DNA from: Stegostoma tigrinum
Taxonomy: Eukaryota
Direction of reading: 5' to 3'
Length of the DNA: 64,000 bases
Assembly: GCF_030684315.1 (NCBI RefSeq)
Contig: NC_081375.1
Coordinates: forward strand, 35,019,073-35,083,072
Positions 1 through 12,339 of this stretch are shown here, one piece after another. The position numbers were made by a program, and so were the translations under genes. The notes under the pieces were generated by a model. That model saw nothing but the letters and a program-made list of their open reading frames with translations, made no database searches and was not told the origin of the DNA. Numbering within the stretch: position 1 is the first letter of the stretch; every line of letters begins with the position of its first letter.

Positions 1-499
1 CTGGAGCCAGAAGGGAGCTGGTGAGGGGCTTAAATCCTACACAGGCTCTAGTGGTTCTGTTGTAAATTGAAAGACATTTGCTGCAGAACATCTAGAAATG
101 GCTCTAAACATTTTGAGCAGCCACTAAGCAAAGGGTAAGGTAGAGTTGACTAGCTTTCTAATTCTCTCTGCTAGCCTCTGAGGAAATTCCCCTTCCACCT
201 GTGTCAATCATTAACAATAACTTACATTTTTACAGTATGAGAAAGATGTCTCAGGTTGCTGTGCAGGGGAAAGGGCACAAAATGCACACCAAGCTGGAGA
301 ACAAAGAAATTTGGAGCTAAAAGTAAAATGATGGGGAACAACATTTAAGGAGACAGCAACAGCAGCGATCAAAATGGAAGCAGAGTATCTAAAACAGCAG
401 ACAACAATGGTGAGTGGAAGGAAGGAGGTGCAAGCTAGACTCAAAGGAAGGGACAATATACAGAGTGACACATGATTGAAAGACATGACCATATAATGA

Positions 500-1070
500 C
501 AGACAAGGCAAGATTGTAGCAGGAATCTCGCCTGGAGTATTGAGTGCAATTTTGGTTTCTCTACCTAAGGAAGGATATAGTTGCCACAGACGGAATACTG
601 TCAAGGTTCACTAGACTGATACCAGGAATGGCAGGAGTGTCCTATGAGGAAAGATTGGTTCAACCAGCACTGCATTCACTGGAGTTACGAGGAGACTTGG
701 AATCAGTTTGAAAAGTGTAAAAATTTTAACAGGGCTGGACAAACTAATGCAGGGAGCATGTTTTTCCTGGGTGAGGAGTCTACAATTGGGGGTCACAGTC
801 TCAGGTTACCGAGTCGGCCACTTAAGACTGAGATGAGGAATAGTTTCTTCACCCAAAGGGTAGTGAACCTGTGGAATTCTCTACCACAGAATGCTTTGGA
901 GATAAGTCACTGAATATATTCAAGAAAGAAAGAGATAAATTTTAAAGGCGTCAAAGGGGAAAGGGAGGAAGCAGAAATATGGCCTTCACATAGGTGATCA
1001 CATGATATATTAAATGGATAAGCAATCCTGAAAGGTCAAATGGCGTAATCCTGTTCCTAGTTTCTATGGT
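500..1070 (+). mobile_element. CR1-clade LINE, decayed 3' fragment
   Basis: ORF 644-913 has EMRNSFFTQRVVNLWNSLPQ, the CR1 ORF2 C-terminal motif, followed by a CR1-like 3' tail. Confidence 0.8.
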
Positions 1071-1479
1071 CGAGAGAAAGAAGGTAGTGGAGTGCCAGGG
1101 GACGAATCATCTCTTCAGAGAATCAGCACAGACATAATGGGCCAAATGGTCTCCTTCCATGTTGTAACCATTCTGTAATTCCATGCTGTCAGTCTCTATC
1201 CTTCTATCTAATTGTCATTAAGATCGGAATCAGTTACAACGTCCCATTGAAAACAGAGCAATATGGTATTAAGCCGGTATGCAAGACAGTGACAAGATTT
1301 TTAAACACTCAATATTATAAAATATTTGTTGTAACACCTGATTCCTAAAGGAATATATCAAGAGACAAAATTTTGCATTTTTAGCCTGTATGCAGTTGCA
1401 AACTTCAGTCAAACAATGTCACTGCGGAGCTACTGAACTTTTCAATCTCCAGCGGCTATAAAGATCGAACTTCTCATTT

Positions 1480-1830
1480 TGTATTGTAACTTTCACACAC
1501 CAAGGACATCTGAAAGTGCTTCACAGCCAGGGGATTTTGTAATATTGTCATGGGTGTTACACAGCAATCAATTTGCCTACATCAAGGTCCTCAAAACAAC
1601 AAATGAGATAAGTGACTGCTTTGCCTGCTTCAACAGTTTTGAGTGGGAGATAAATGTGGACTAGAACACACTGAACTTCTTTAAATAATACTACGCAATC
1701 TCTTATGCAAATCCAATCAGAAAAACGTGACTTTGATTTAAGGTCTCATCTGAAACACAGCATGTCTGACAACACACTGACGCCAGTCCAGCTTATGCAC
1801 CCAAAAACTGGATTGAGATTTAAACCCAAT
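1480..1830 (-). mobile_element. Deu-domain SINE remnant (SacSINE1-like), decayed
   Basis: Reverse complement resembles the 8530-8965 copy (gtttgaggaccttgatgtaggcaaattg...gtgaagcactttcagatgtcc). Confidence 0.5.
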
Positions 1831-2520
1831 ACTTCAATTTCTTGCCTTGAAAGCAAGAGTTTCACTGCTGGGTAAATGAGGCGTGTAATTTTTCTTTAAG
1901 AAGTCATTTTTAAAAATTATTGCACCATTACAGAGCTCCCAACAGTGCTAACGGCATGTTGCAATCAAGCACTTCTCTCATATTCATAAATTTGCATTTG
2001 TACCTTTTCCACCTCTAAGTCACTACATCTTACTTTCCAGAGACTATGAAGCCTCTTACCTCATCCTATATGCTATAAAGGCACATCATATCCATAACTT
2101 TTAACTCTATAATTGTGCTGCTGTGCAAGCTTTTGGAATTTGCTTTTGTTCTTAAAAATTAACAGTAATGGGCTGAAAAAGATGGTCACTGAGGATATAG
2201 GAATGTTTCAATTTTGCCTACTGATTTCAGCTTAACTACAGAAGTGGGAAAACCCCTTCTTTCATCAGGCCTGAACCACTTTCTTTTCAAAACAAGCCAA
2301 TCACATCAGTTATGAACTGCTCTTTCTGAAGAAGGATTACTGGAACAAAATGTTAACTCTACTGTCACTCCACAGATGCTGTCAGACTTGCTAAGTTTCT
2401 CCAGCGATTTCTGTCTTTTTTTCCTAATTTAAGACTCCCCTATTTCCAATTCCCACCCAAAGTAGCATTTCAATAGTAATTGGCCCAATAAGCAGAACCA
2501 CCTCACCCATTCCTCCATAA

Positions 2521-2903
2521 TAATAAAATGTGAGGCTGGATGAACACAGCAGGCCAAGCAGCATCTCAGGAGCACAAAAGCTGACGTTTCGGGCCTGGAC
2601 CCTTCATCAGAGAGGGGGATGGGGGGAGGGAACTGGAATAAATAGGGAGAGAGGGGGAGGCGGACCGAAGATGGAGAGTAAAGAAGATAGGTGGAGAGGG
2701 TGTAGGTGGGGAGGTAGGGAGGGGATAGGTCAGTCCAGGGAAGACGGACAGGTCAAGGAGGTGGGATGAGGTTAGTAGGTAGCTGGGGGTGCGGCTTGGG
2801 GTGGGAGGAAGGGATGGGTGAGAGGAAGAACCGGTTAGGGAGGCAGAGACAGGTTGGACTGGTTTTGGGATGCAGTGGGTGGGGGGGAAGAGCTGGGCTG
2901 GTT
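2521..2903 (-). mobile_element. Penelope-like element 3' terminal fragment (family A) with hammerhead core
   Basis: Closely similar to the termini at 16177-16560 and 55204-55590; the minus strand of 2581-2610 reads CTGATGAAGGGTCCAGGCCCGAAACGTCAG. Confidence 0.85.
2581..2610 (-). ncRNA. Minimal hammerhead ribozyme motif (Penelope type)
   Basis: CUGAUGA, extra A, stem II GGGU/GCCC, then GAAAC-GUC; stem III is the loopless palindrome ACGU. Confidence 0.65.
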
Positions 2904-5116
2904 GTGCATCACATTCTTAACTCTATATCCATCTCAACCTTGATTAGTCAAACCCTTCCTTCCATAGCACACAACCGTTACGTCCAGACCTTCCCCTCCC
3001 CCACTGCGCAGGTAAATTTCAGTTCCTGTACCATTTCTTCCTCACTCCTCACTAAGTATAGCAATCACAGGCTTACTTCCACACTACTTTCATCAAGTAC
3101 CCCCTCAAAATCATTAAAATGAGGTCTGAGAAACCATTTCTTCCCAAAGACGAATTATCCAAACAACCTCCATCCCTGTGCCATCTGCATCCAGGCAGAA
3201 TTATACTGAGAGCATGCTCGAATGGCCACCAATTTACAATCACTTGTCATCCTGCTTCCACTTTTCTTTTAATTAACATTTTGAATCTTAAAGATAAACT
3301 GAAGTAACTAATAATCCCTGGCTATTATATGTGCTTATTGAAAGACACTGCAAATACTCTGCTCATTGATGTACATGAGATCAAGAGACAGATATTGAGA
3401 GGTCTGGACAGAGAAAAGTAGATCGGAAACACGCTAAAATAAAAGATAAATGTCTAGAAGCACTAATTATAAAGTTTGTAGAGAAACAAGACTGAAATAA
3501 TTCCCCACACCCACAGATTTAAACAGTCACCAGAAGTGACTACCACATTCCTCCTCACCCCACGCCAATTTCATTCTGCCAAATACACACTACCACCCCG
3601 CCCCCACAGCAATGTCAAAACAAATTATTTATCCCTATCTGTAAACTTCTTTAGAATCACCAAAGTGATGTCCTACTGAAGAGGTATGCTCCCCACACCC
3701 TGACAAATAAAACTATTTCAACTCAAACCAGATCATTCACAGGATTATCATACCACAGAATCACTTCCAACCCATCTAATCTCTATTTTCTTAGAATTAC
3801 TAAATACAAGAAACAAAACTCTGCTGTTTTTTCTTGACTTTCAAACTTGGGTAAGGAATAACAACGAATGTATAGAAAAAGGAATACAGTCCAGGAAAAA
3901 AGCCTTCCTCTTACAGAAAAATGGATAGGGTCCTGGAATTCAATCTAAAGCTCTCAAGCACCCAAAATAAAATTGAACTTTTGTATTAAGTTACAAGAAA
4001 TCAATTGGCACTGATGTTATTCTTAGAAGGTACAGGCATCCTTACAGCTAGAAAACTGCATATTTAACTTACTGTGAGCATCTCTAAGGGATTCTGCTGG
4101 TAAACAAAATCAATATTGTGTCATGTCCTATGAAGGCATGTCATATCCAGACCTGTTAAGCACAAACTTGTGCTGCTGTGCAACCTATTGGAATTGGTTC
4201 TTGTTCTTAAATGGATAATAGCTACAAATGATGGTCAGAGGACACAGGAATGTGTACAATTTTAGCCACTGAATTAACTTAAACTACAGAATCCTTTCTT
4301 CATTAGCCTGAACCATTTTATTTTCAAAATGAGTCAATCACATCAATTATGAATTGTTCTTTTCTTTATGTCTTATAAAAGTGTACTATTCTCTTTAATT
4401 ACACTTCCCTTATGTGTGACTAGACAGTGAATAGAATAGCATTAGATTTTCTGAACAAATGCATGAATGAACAGTCATCTTTATTTAAACCCACAAAAAG
4501 CTTGCTGCTTATCATGCAAATTGTCCATACACCGAGGGGATAAGAAACACGCACATTTCAAACACAATACTCATTATAGTCAGAAAGTGAAAAGAGGTTT
4601 TCCTCTCATCCTTCTGTAACAACTGGAAAGAGCAATGAATTCAAATTGAGAATGGCAAAACCATAACTTTCAGCATCTATGAGCTAAGAGTTTTAAACTC
4701 TTGATCTTTTCATTTGAATGATTTATAGATATAATTAAAAGTAGCTTTTGTTTTCACAATGCAGTTGAATTTTTTTTAACATTCCAAGTTACATTTTCTT
4801 CAAGCGTTATGATATATTGAATCTGCAGAAACTGTATTTGAATTGAATACATATGGGATGCTAATTATACAGCTGCAATGTACTATTTGGTCAACCCATA
4901 AGTGCAATACTATAGCCAACGCCAGCTTTATGTCATGACAGTGTATATTTAGGCACTGTGATAGGTCTAATAACTGAACGCACACAGCATTAACCATTGC
5001 AAATATTTGAGCTATTTTTAACTTGGTCTCATGAACAACACACAATTAAACTGAATTAGCCTTACAAAGGCTGTACAATTAAATTGAAAACAGAACTTTG
5101 TCATTGAATAATGTAC

Positions 5117-5331
5117 CTGGAAATCGCTTGTAATTTTCATAATCTTTGGAGCATGGTATCTCAAAAAATATTCCATCCAAAACATCAGCCTGGCGTGCAA
5201 GCACCTCTTTAAAATCGTTCTTGTGTAGATAATCCCAAAGCAAGACCACACAAAAAGCAATAAACGTGGTAGATGTCAGAATTATGAACCACTTCCACCA
5301 CAGTGCATGCGTGGATTTGTTCTTTCTCATA
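5117..5331 (-). CDS. OGFOD3: OGFOD3 coding exon 2 (TM segment and start of luminal domain)
   Basis: ttacAG acceptor and GTACAT donor. Encodes ..WWKWFIILTSTTFIAFCVVLLW..KEVLARQADVLDGIFFEIPCSKDYENYKRFPG, matching human EVLARRGEVVAGRFIEVPCSEDYDSHRRFEG. In phase with exon 1. Later exons were not found and probably lie left of the window. Confidence 0.92.
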
Positions 5332-6369
5332 CTGTAATTAAAAGAAAATATTGAATGCATCAATAAGCTTCCATTATTCTCTTTTCAAGTTGCTAGTTCT
5401 TATGCAATGATCAACTGTGTATATTGAATGTAATCATCAATCTTTAGCTTTATATGGATTCATTTTATTCATCATCTGCAGGACTTTGCTCTTAAGTGAA
5501 TAATAATTATAATAAAAAAAGGACAAACAAAAAGGGATGAGCAGAAATGGTCTTGGTGGGGGGGAGAGAAGGAGGGGGGTGGTGTGCGTGAAGCAGGGGA
5601 AGGTAGGAAGATAAAAAGACAAGGATCAATAAGATCCAAAAGGAGGAATGGCATGTGATTTTTGGAGGTTTATGGGAAAGAAGAAAAGTCTGGAGACAAG
5701 TAGTGAGACTGAAAACAAGAACAGTAGGTACAGACCCCTTAAAAAGAATGTAAATGAAATGGATGTGGGACATTATCAGCCTTCCACTCCATTTTCCTCA
5801 GTATCAGCTTATGTGGACATCCAATCAGAGCTGCACCAGACAAAACTGGGCTAACTCTAAAACTTCTAACGTTCAATGCACCTGCAAGGATCTAGGGCCA
5901 GCCTGAAGACTCTCCTCACGCGACTTCACCCAGTCTATTGGCAGAAGCTGATATGTCTCTTCTTTACCTTTTATGAAGGGACCATCGTTGTTCCTCTCAA
6001 CTATTCTGTGTAATATCAAATTCTACACCCTAGTTACTCCCTGGTTAAAGAAGATTCCTCAATATCTTTGCTGGGTTTATTATTTACTATTTTGTCCTTG
6101 TTGCCTCTTTTAGACTTTCCAAAGTACAAATATCTACATCCAAATTACTGCTGACATAAGGAAAGATGCCGATAAGAAGTAGCAATATCTGTGCTGTGAA
6201 CGTCACATTTTCCTGTGTGCATTTAAGTCGGGTGCTGAGTGAAGAGGAACACCAGACATCCCGCAATAATTATGTCATCAAGTATGATTTGCAGCCAATC
6301 ACATTGAAAGATTTGCATAGACATATAACCAGGAAGTAAAATTCATAATTATGCTTTATCGCTAACTGC

Positions 6370-7525
6370 TCTACACAAGAAAGGAGGGAGAGAATGCAGG
6401 ATACCATAGGCCAGTTAGCCTATTATTTATCATAGGGAAAACGCTGGAATCCATCATTAAGGAAGTTCAAGGCCAGGCATTTCAAAAATCTCAAAGCAAT
6501 CTGGCAGAGTCAACATAGTTTTGTGAAAGGCAAATCATTCTGGGCTGAGTTATCAGCATTCTTTGAGGGACTAACAAGCAACATCGATAAAAGAAAACCT
6601 GCAGCTGTGGTATACTTGGATTTCCAGAAGTTATTTGACAAGGTGTCACTTCAGAAGTTACCAAACTGATTAAGAGTTGCTAAATTTGAGGAATGCACAA
6701 AAGTAAGTAGGAAAGTAAGTTCTGAAGAGGATGTGCAAAGGGATACAGATAGGTTCAGTCAACATAATATTGGAGTGTAAAGTGGGAAATTTTGAGCTTG
6801 TCCACTTTGATATGAACAATAGAAAAACAACAAATCATTTAAATGGAGAGAAACTGCAGAATTCGGTTCCCTGGTACATGAATCACAAAATGTTACTATG
6901 CAGGTACAACACGTGATTACGAAGCCAAATGAAATGGTGTTGTTTGTTGCAAGAAAAATTAAAATAGAGAAGTTTTCCACTGTCATGCAGGGCATTGGCA
7001 TGATTACATTTTCAGCAATGCATAAATCTGGTGCCTTAATTAAGAACTGAGGTATTTGCATTAGAAGCGAATAGAAGGTTCAGTCAATTGCTTTCTGGGA
7101 TGAGGGATTTACCTGATGAGGAAAGGCTGGACAGGTTGGGGCTTGAATCCACTGGAGTTTAGAAGGATGAAAGGTAATGTCATTGAATCATTTGATCCTG
7201 AGAGGACTTGACAGGGAAGATGCTAAAAGGAAGTTTTCCCAGAACTAGGGGACAAAGTGTAAAATAAATAAATGAATAATTTAAAGTAGGGATTGGATTT
7301 TTTTTTCCTCTGGGAGGGTCACAGGTCTGTGGAATTCTGTTCTGAGGAATACTGGATGCGGGGATATTGGATAATTTTAAGGTGGATATAGAAAGATTCT
7401 TGACTAACAAGGGACTTGAAGGGCATTAACGGTAGTCAGAAAACGAGGGATAACAGCACAATCAGATCAGCCGAAAGTTGAATTGAGGGGCTGAATGGTC
7501 TACTCCTGTTGTTAACAAGTCTGTT
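6370..7525 (+). mobile_element. CR1-clade LINE, heavily decayed RT and 3' end
   Basis: tacttggatttccagaag..tttgacaaggtg (YLDFQKxFDKV), cagagtcaacatagttttgtgaaagg and a CR1 tail. Confidence 0.8.
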
Positions 7526-8529
7526 TTTATTTTTTGTAAGTTTGACTGGGAGCAAAATAAATACTGATTCATAGAGGTTGGTAGTTGCAATGCCGTAAAC
7601 ATATTTACAAAGAAAAACAATTAATTCTATTTGGAAAACAAAAAACTGTGGATTTAAATGGCCTTATTAACCAACAGAGTGACTTTTAATTCTTTATGTG
7701 TCTGCTTCCCCAAATCAATTTGCTCCTGTATCCCATTTAATATCTTTATTTGTGGCTTCCTTATGCTTCCTCCCAAACTGTACCATCTTGAACTGAACTT
7801 TATCAACAGTGGCCGATCCACCACTGCAGTATATATTTTTTTAAACTTGTTGCAGTCCACTCTGTATTAATCACACCAGTCCTTTCTTTCTTACATATGT
7901 CTGCGCATAACGTCACAAAGACCTCCCAGGTTTGCATGTGATTGTCATCCTGGTTTGAATTTGAGAGTTTGGTGCATATCACTTTAAACCAATGCCATCA
8001 AAATATGGAGTTTGGAAACAACAGCTCAGAATATTTGAAAATTAAATTATTCTACTTATGGACAGAAGGCAAAGTTAAACAGTGTAAAAAAAGACACAAA
8101 GTTGAATAAAGTAAGTCTTAAGCAGCTGCTTTACCGGCCATTATGATCAACAGTTTTTAACTAATTAGGAGTTGTTTCATTTTGAACCCTTTTGGAATGA
8201 ATAAATAAATGAAACACAAAAGTAAACACTCAATTTGATGTCATTTGAAAATTTGAGAACTATATCTATCTCGCGATGGGGAACCAAATCAACAATTTAA
8301 TTTGTTTCCACATTAACTCATTATTTATGGGTTCTGCAGTGCGTGCTTTTTTTTAGAACATCTCCCACTGGACCTGTTCTAATGCCTTTGCTACTCCTGC
8401 TAACTTTCTGTGCTGGACTGAAAGCATCACCTTTCCTCCCAGATTTGCTGAAATTTGCTTCATGTATTGTTCAGCTCAGCTACAGCGCCTGTGGGATTTG
8501 TAGATTAACCCACTTAGTCATCTCAGGAC

Positions 8530-8965
8530 CCACCATACTGGAGTGGAAGAAAGTCATCTCCAATCCCAAGGACTGTCTCAAAAAAGGAGAGGCTATCTCA
8601 CCTCCTGAGTTGAAAGGTGGTGAATTTAGGACTTGAGCGCAAAAACAGACTCAGGAAGCACTGCACTATATTTCGGAAGAGAGATTAAACAGAGGCCTCA
8701 TTTGACTTTTCAGGTACTCAGCCACAATCCCAAGGGGCTATTCTACAGAATAGCAGGGGAGTTATCTCCAGTGTCCTCACCAATATTTATCACTCAATTA
8801 ATATCACAAAAACTGGTTGGTCTCAACACATTGCTGTGTGCGAGCTTGCTGTGTGCAACTTGGCTACATTATTAGAATGACAACACTTCAAAAAATATTC
8901 CACTGAGTGCTGAACTCGCTGGGACCTCCGATGGTCATGAAATTGCTATATATCTGAAAGCTTTT
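8530..8965 (+). mobile_element. Deu-domain SINE (SacSINE1-like)
   Basis: gtcctcaccaatatttatcactcaa...cattgctgtgtgcgagcttgctgtgtgcaa...acacttcaaaa Deu-core and an L2-like tail. Confidence 0.6.
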
Positions 8966-9004
8966 TGTTTCTGCCCACTGTATTGACAGCTGTGTCAGCT
9001 CCCT

Positions 9005-9362
9005 GCAGTCATTCATGGGATGAAGGAGTCGCTGGCCAGGCAGCATCTATTGCCCATCCCAACCTGCCGAGAGGGCAGTTAAGAGTCAACCACATTGCTG
9101 TGGGTCTGGTGTCACATGTGGACCAGGCCAGGCCAGGTAAGGATGACAGTTTCCTTCCCTAAAGAATGTTAGTGAACCTGATGGGTTTTTCCGACAATCA
9201 ACAATGGATTCACGGTCATCATCAGATTGTGAATTCCAGATATTTATTGAATTCAAATACCACCATCTGCCATTGCGGGATTCGAACCCAGATCCCCAGA
9301 GCATTATCGGGGTCTCTGGATTAACAGTCCAATGATAACACCACTAGGCCATTGCCTCCCCT
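9005..9362 (-). mobile_element. tRNA-derived SINE (shark family), copy 1 of a tandem pair
   Basis: Minus strand has A box TGGCCTAGTGG and B box GGTTCGAATCC; homologous to 9420-9757, 19555-19885, 30360-30672, 38530-38740, 45110-45470 and 47905-48220. Confidence 0.8.
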
Positions 9363-9419
9363 GTATTTCTGGGATAAAGCTGAGAGTATTGCGGTGTTTC
9401 TCGCAGTAATATTTTAAAA

Positions 9420-9757
9420 ATTCATAGGATCTGGGCATCACTGGCTGGGCCAGTATTTATTGTCCAGAAGGCAGTTTAGTGTCAACCACATTGTCGTGGG
9501 TCTGGAATCACATGTAGGTCATACCAGGTAAGGGCAGCTGTTCCTTCCCTAAAAGACATCAGTGAACCAGATGGGTTTTTTTTTCCCTGACAATTGACAA
9601 TGCTTTCGTGGTTATCACTGGACTCTTCATTCCAAATTTTTATTGAATTCAAATTCTACCATCTACCATGCAGGATTTAAGCCTGCGTCCCCCAGAATAT
9701 TACCTGGGTCTTTGGGTTAATAGTCAAACTGTAACACCACCAGGCATCACCTCCCCT
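9420..9757 (-). mobile_element. tRNA-derived SINE, copy 2 of the tandem pair
   Basis: Colinear homology to 9005-9362. Confidence 0.8.
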
Positions 9758-10294
9758 AAAATGGAGTTCTGAACTGCGATGAGTGTTTTGAGCCATGACT
9801 GTAATATTATGTCTCACAGTCAGCATGCAATGTCCCTCATGGTGTTATCATTGTAATATGTCATGTGACCCAGGGCTAACAGTTCACAGAGACCATCTTA
9901 CTTGGGATCACTTGAAATATGATGGAAGCACAACCAAATAGCTTAATGTAAGTCCACAAGACCATCAAAAACAGGAATAGAAGTAGGCCATTCAGCCCAC
10001 TCTGCCATTCAATAGGATCATGGCTGATCCCACATTCCATGTGTCCACTTTCCTGCCTTTTCCCCAGACACTGGTGTTCCTTTAAATGTAATGTTTGTAG
10101 AAATAAATGCGGTGTAGTAAACATCTGTTGACTCTCTCAATACCATGCTATTCCTGCCTAGTTTCCTAGGTTACTAGAGACAAACTAAGAAGAGCCACAT
10201 CAGATAATGTCCTGCTGGAATCAACATCATGAGCAGTGGTACTCATCTATAAAACCCTCTAATCCCTTGGTGGGACATCGTTGGCAAACTAATT

Positions 10295-10995
10295 GCAATA
10301 GGAACGATATTATTAAACTGGAGAGGGTTCAAAAAAGACTTACCACAATGTTGCTCGGAATGGAGAATGTGAGTTACAAACAAAAAAGGCTGGATAGGTT
10401 CGGACTTTTTTTCATTGGAGCATAATAGCTTTAGAGGGATAGCCTTACAGAGGTTTACAAATGAAGGATATATAGATAATTCTGCTATAATGCATGTTTT
10501 GTTAATGCAAATGGGCTGTAACGCAATTGATGAATAGTAGACACTGTGTGGATGATGTGAATTTTCTGCTATACAGGTTTAGTGATTTTCCTCCAATGCA
10601 AATTTCTAAGGTCATTTTCTATAGGTCACACAAGAACGCACCCATTACATTATAGAGAACTATCTGTAGATAGGGTGAATAGCAAGGGTCTTTTCTGTAG
10701 GGTGGGGGGAGTTCAAAACCAGTGGACATATTTTTAAGGTGCGAGGAGAAAGTTCTAAAAAGGACACAAGGGGCAACATTTTTACATAGAATATGGCTCA
10801 TGTGTGCGATGAACTGCCAGAGGAAGCAGTGGATGCAGGAACAGTTTCAACAATTAAAAGACATTTGGATTAGTACATGAATAGGAAAGGTTTAGAGGGA
10901 TATGGGTCAAATGCAGCCAAGTGGGACTGGTTTAGTTTGGGAACATGTTCGGCATGGACTGGTTGGAAAGGTCTCTTTCCACGCTGTATGATTCT
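10295..10995 (+). mobile_element. CR1 LINE 3' fragment interrupted by a MITE
   Basis: DIIKLERVQKRLTTMLLGME motif; the CR1 3' sequence resumes at 10669. Confidence 0.8.
10473..10666. mobile_element. Tc1/mariner-pogo type MITE
   Basis: Imperfect ~18-bp TIRs (tagataattctgctataa / ttatagagaactatctg) flanked by TA, splitting the CR1 sequence atgaaggata-TA-gatagggtgaatag. Confidence 0.6.
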
Positions 10996-11520
10996 ATAAA
11001 TGAAGTCGAACCAAGCTACAGCTCTGGACAAAAAGTACAGTTTTGTCAACCTTTAAACAGCATTCATTTCTGTGAGCTCAGACTGCCACACAGATCTTTA
11101 GATAGGGCATTAACAAACAAGACAATGTTAATTTCTTTTCATTGGAATCTAAGTTATTTTGAGGCAAAATAAATGTTAAGGCTGACTCAATAAAAAAAAC
11201 TGCTGAAGCCAACCTTTTGTGCTGACAGAGCTAGAAACCAAGAATGCCATTCTTTCCTGACAGTTGATAAAAAGTAACAACCTTTCTCAAAACACCAGCT
11301 GCTGAATCTGTTCTTAAAGAAGGGACACTTTTAATGCCCACTAGCACTGTTTCGATGTACACTGAATTAAAAGGTTCAATATTTTTAATGCTGAGTCACT
11401 AATAGCAGGAAGCTTATTATGCAACTGCAAGTTATCCTTTACTGAATTACATCAATTCAAACAATATATGTAGCTCTAATTTACAAATCAAATAGATCTT
11501 GAGAAAAAAAATAGTGAAAG

Positions 11521-11610
11521 TCTGATGAAGGGTCTAGGCCCGAAACGTTAGCTTTTGTGCTCCTGAGATGCTGCTGGGCCTGCTGTGTTCATCCAGCCTC
11601 ACATTTCATT
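11521..11610 (+). mobile_element. Penelope-terminus monomer with hammerhead core, 13-bp TSD
   Basis: CTGATGAAGGGTCTAGGCCCGAAACGTT at 11522-11549; atagtgaaagtct at 11511-11523 and 11611-11623. Confidence 0.85.
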
Positions 11611-11689
11611 ATAGTGAAAGTCTTGTTTGCCATCAGCAAGAAGGGCCTTCACAGGAATAACGTCTGTTGTTTTCTGTGGCCGATCAGAA

Positions 11690-11880
11690 AGACCCAGAGA
11701 AGTTCTGGAGTTATCAAAGACCAGCTAACAGTAAGAAGTCACTTCAGGATTAATGGTCTCCAATTCATGTCACAGAGACAGCAAACCCGAGAGCCCATTG
11801 ACCAGTATGTCAGAAGATGCCGCAGCAAGGGGCAGGAGTGGGATTTTTCTACAGCAGTACTTCAGAGAGGTCTGTTAAAA
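11690..11880 (+). mobile_element. Probable Gypsy/Ty3 gag fragment
   Basis: Translates to FMSQRQQTREPIDQYVRRCRSKGQEWDFS, resembling the F-x-x-R-Q-x3-E-x-I-D-x-Y-V-x-R gag major-homology-like motif. Confidence 0.5.
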
Positions 11881-11894
11881 TTAATAATCATTTC

Positions 11895-12225
11895 TAGTGT
11901 TTGCAGCCCCAGTGCTGCCCAGTGTTTGAACCCTCACTGTTTAAATCCTTCGTATATTAAAACAAAAAACTGTTGATGCTGCAAATCTGAAACAAAAACA
12001 GAAATTGCTGGAGAAACTCAGTGGGTTTAGCAACACCAGCATTCCTTTGTGCCACTCAGTATTTGAATCTATGGTGTTTGTAATTTCAGTGCTGCCCAGT
12101 TTTAAATCCTCAATACTGCTGAGTGTTTAGATACTCAGTGCTGCCCCATGTTAAAATCCACAGTACTGCAGAGTGTTTGAATGATCAGCAATGAAACAAT
12201 GTTTGAATACTCAGTACTACCACTA
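11895..12225. repeat. Degenerate ~25-bp minisatellite (CAGTGCTGCCCAGTGTTTAAATCCT)
   Basis: Units start near 11910, 12087, 12111, 12136, 12161, 12186 and 12212. Confidence 0.7.
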
Positions 12226-12339
12226 TTTCTGCCTGCCTTCGCTGTGCTAATGTAGTACTGTTGCCTTGACCTGGGGAGTACCACATGCGCACTGTATAGC
12301 CTGTATCTACAGGGAGCAGCAGTGTTCGGTATGTAACTG

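Noticed and set aside
1-5116. OGFOD3 exon 3 (CTPxKCGR..)
   Set aside because: No matching exon was found by eye; the minus-strand donors near 222 and 2057 give no OGFOD3-like peptide.
9270-9362. tRNA gene
   Set aside because: The A/B boxes belong to a SINE head that continues into a repeated SINE body, with no proper cloverleaf. The same applies at 41290-41354 and 47700-47764.
11895-12225. CRISPR-like array
   Set aside because: The units are contiguous and degenerate with no unique spacers, so it is a minisatellite.
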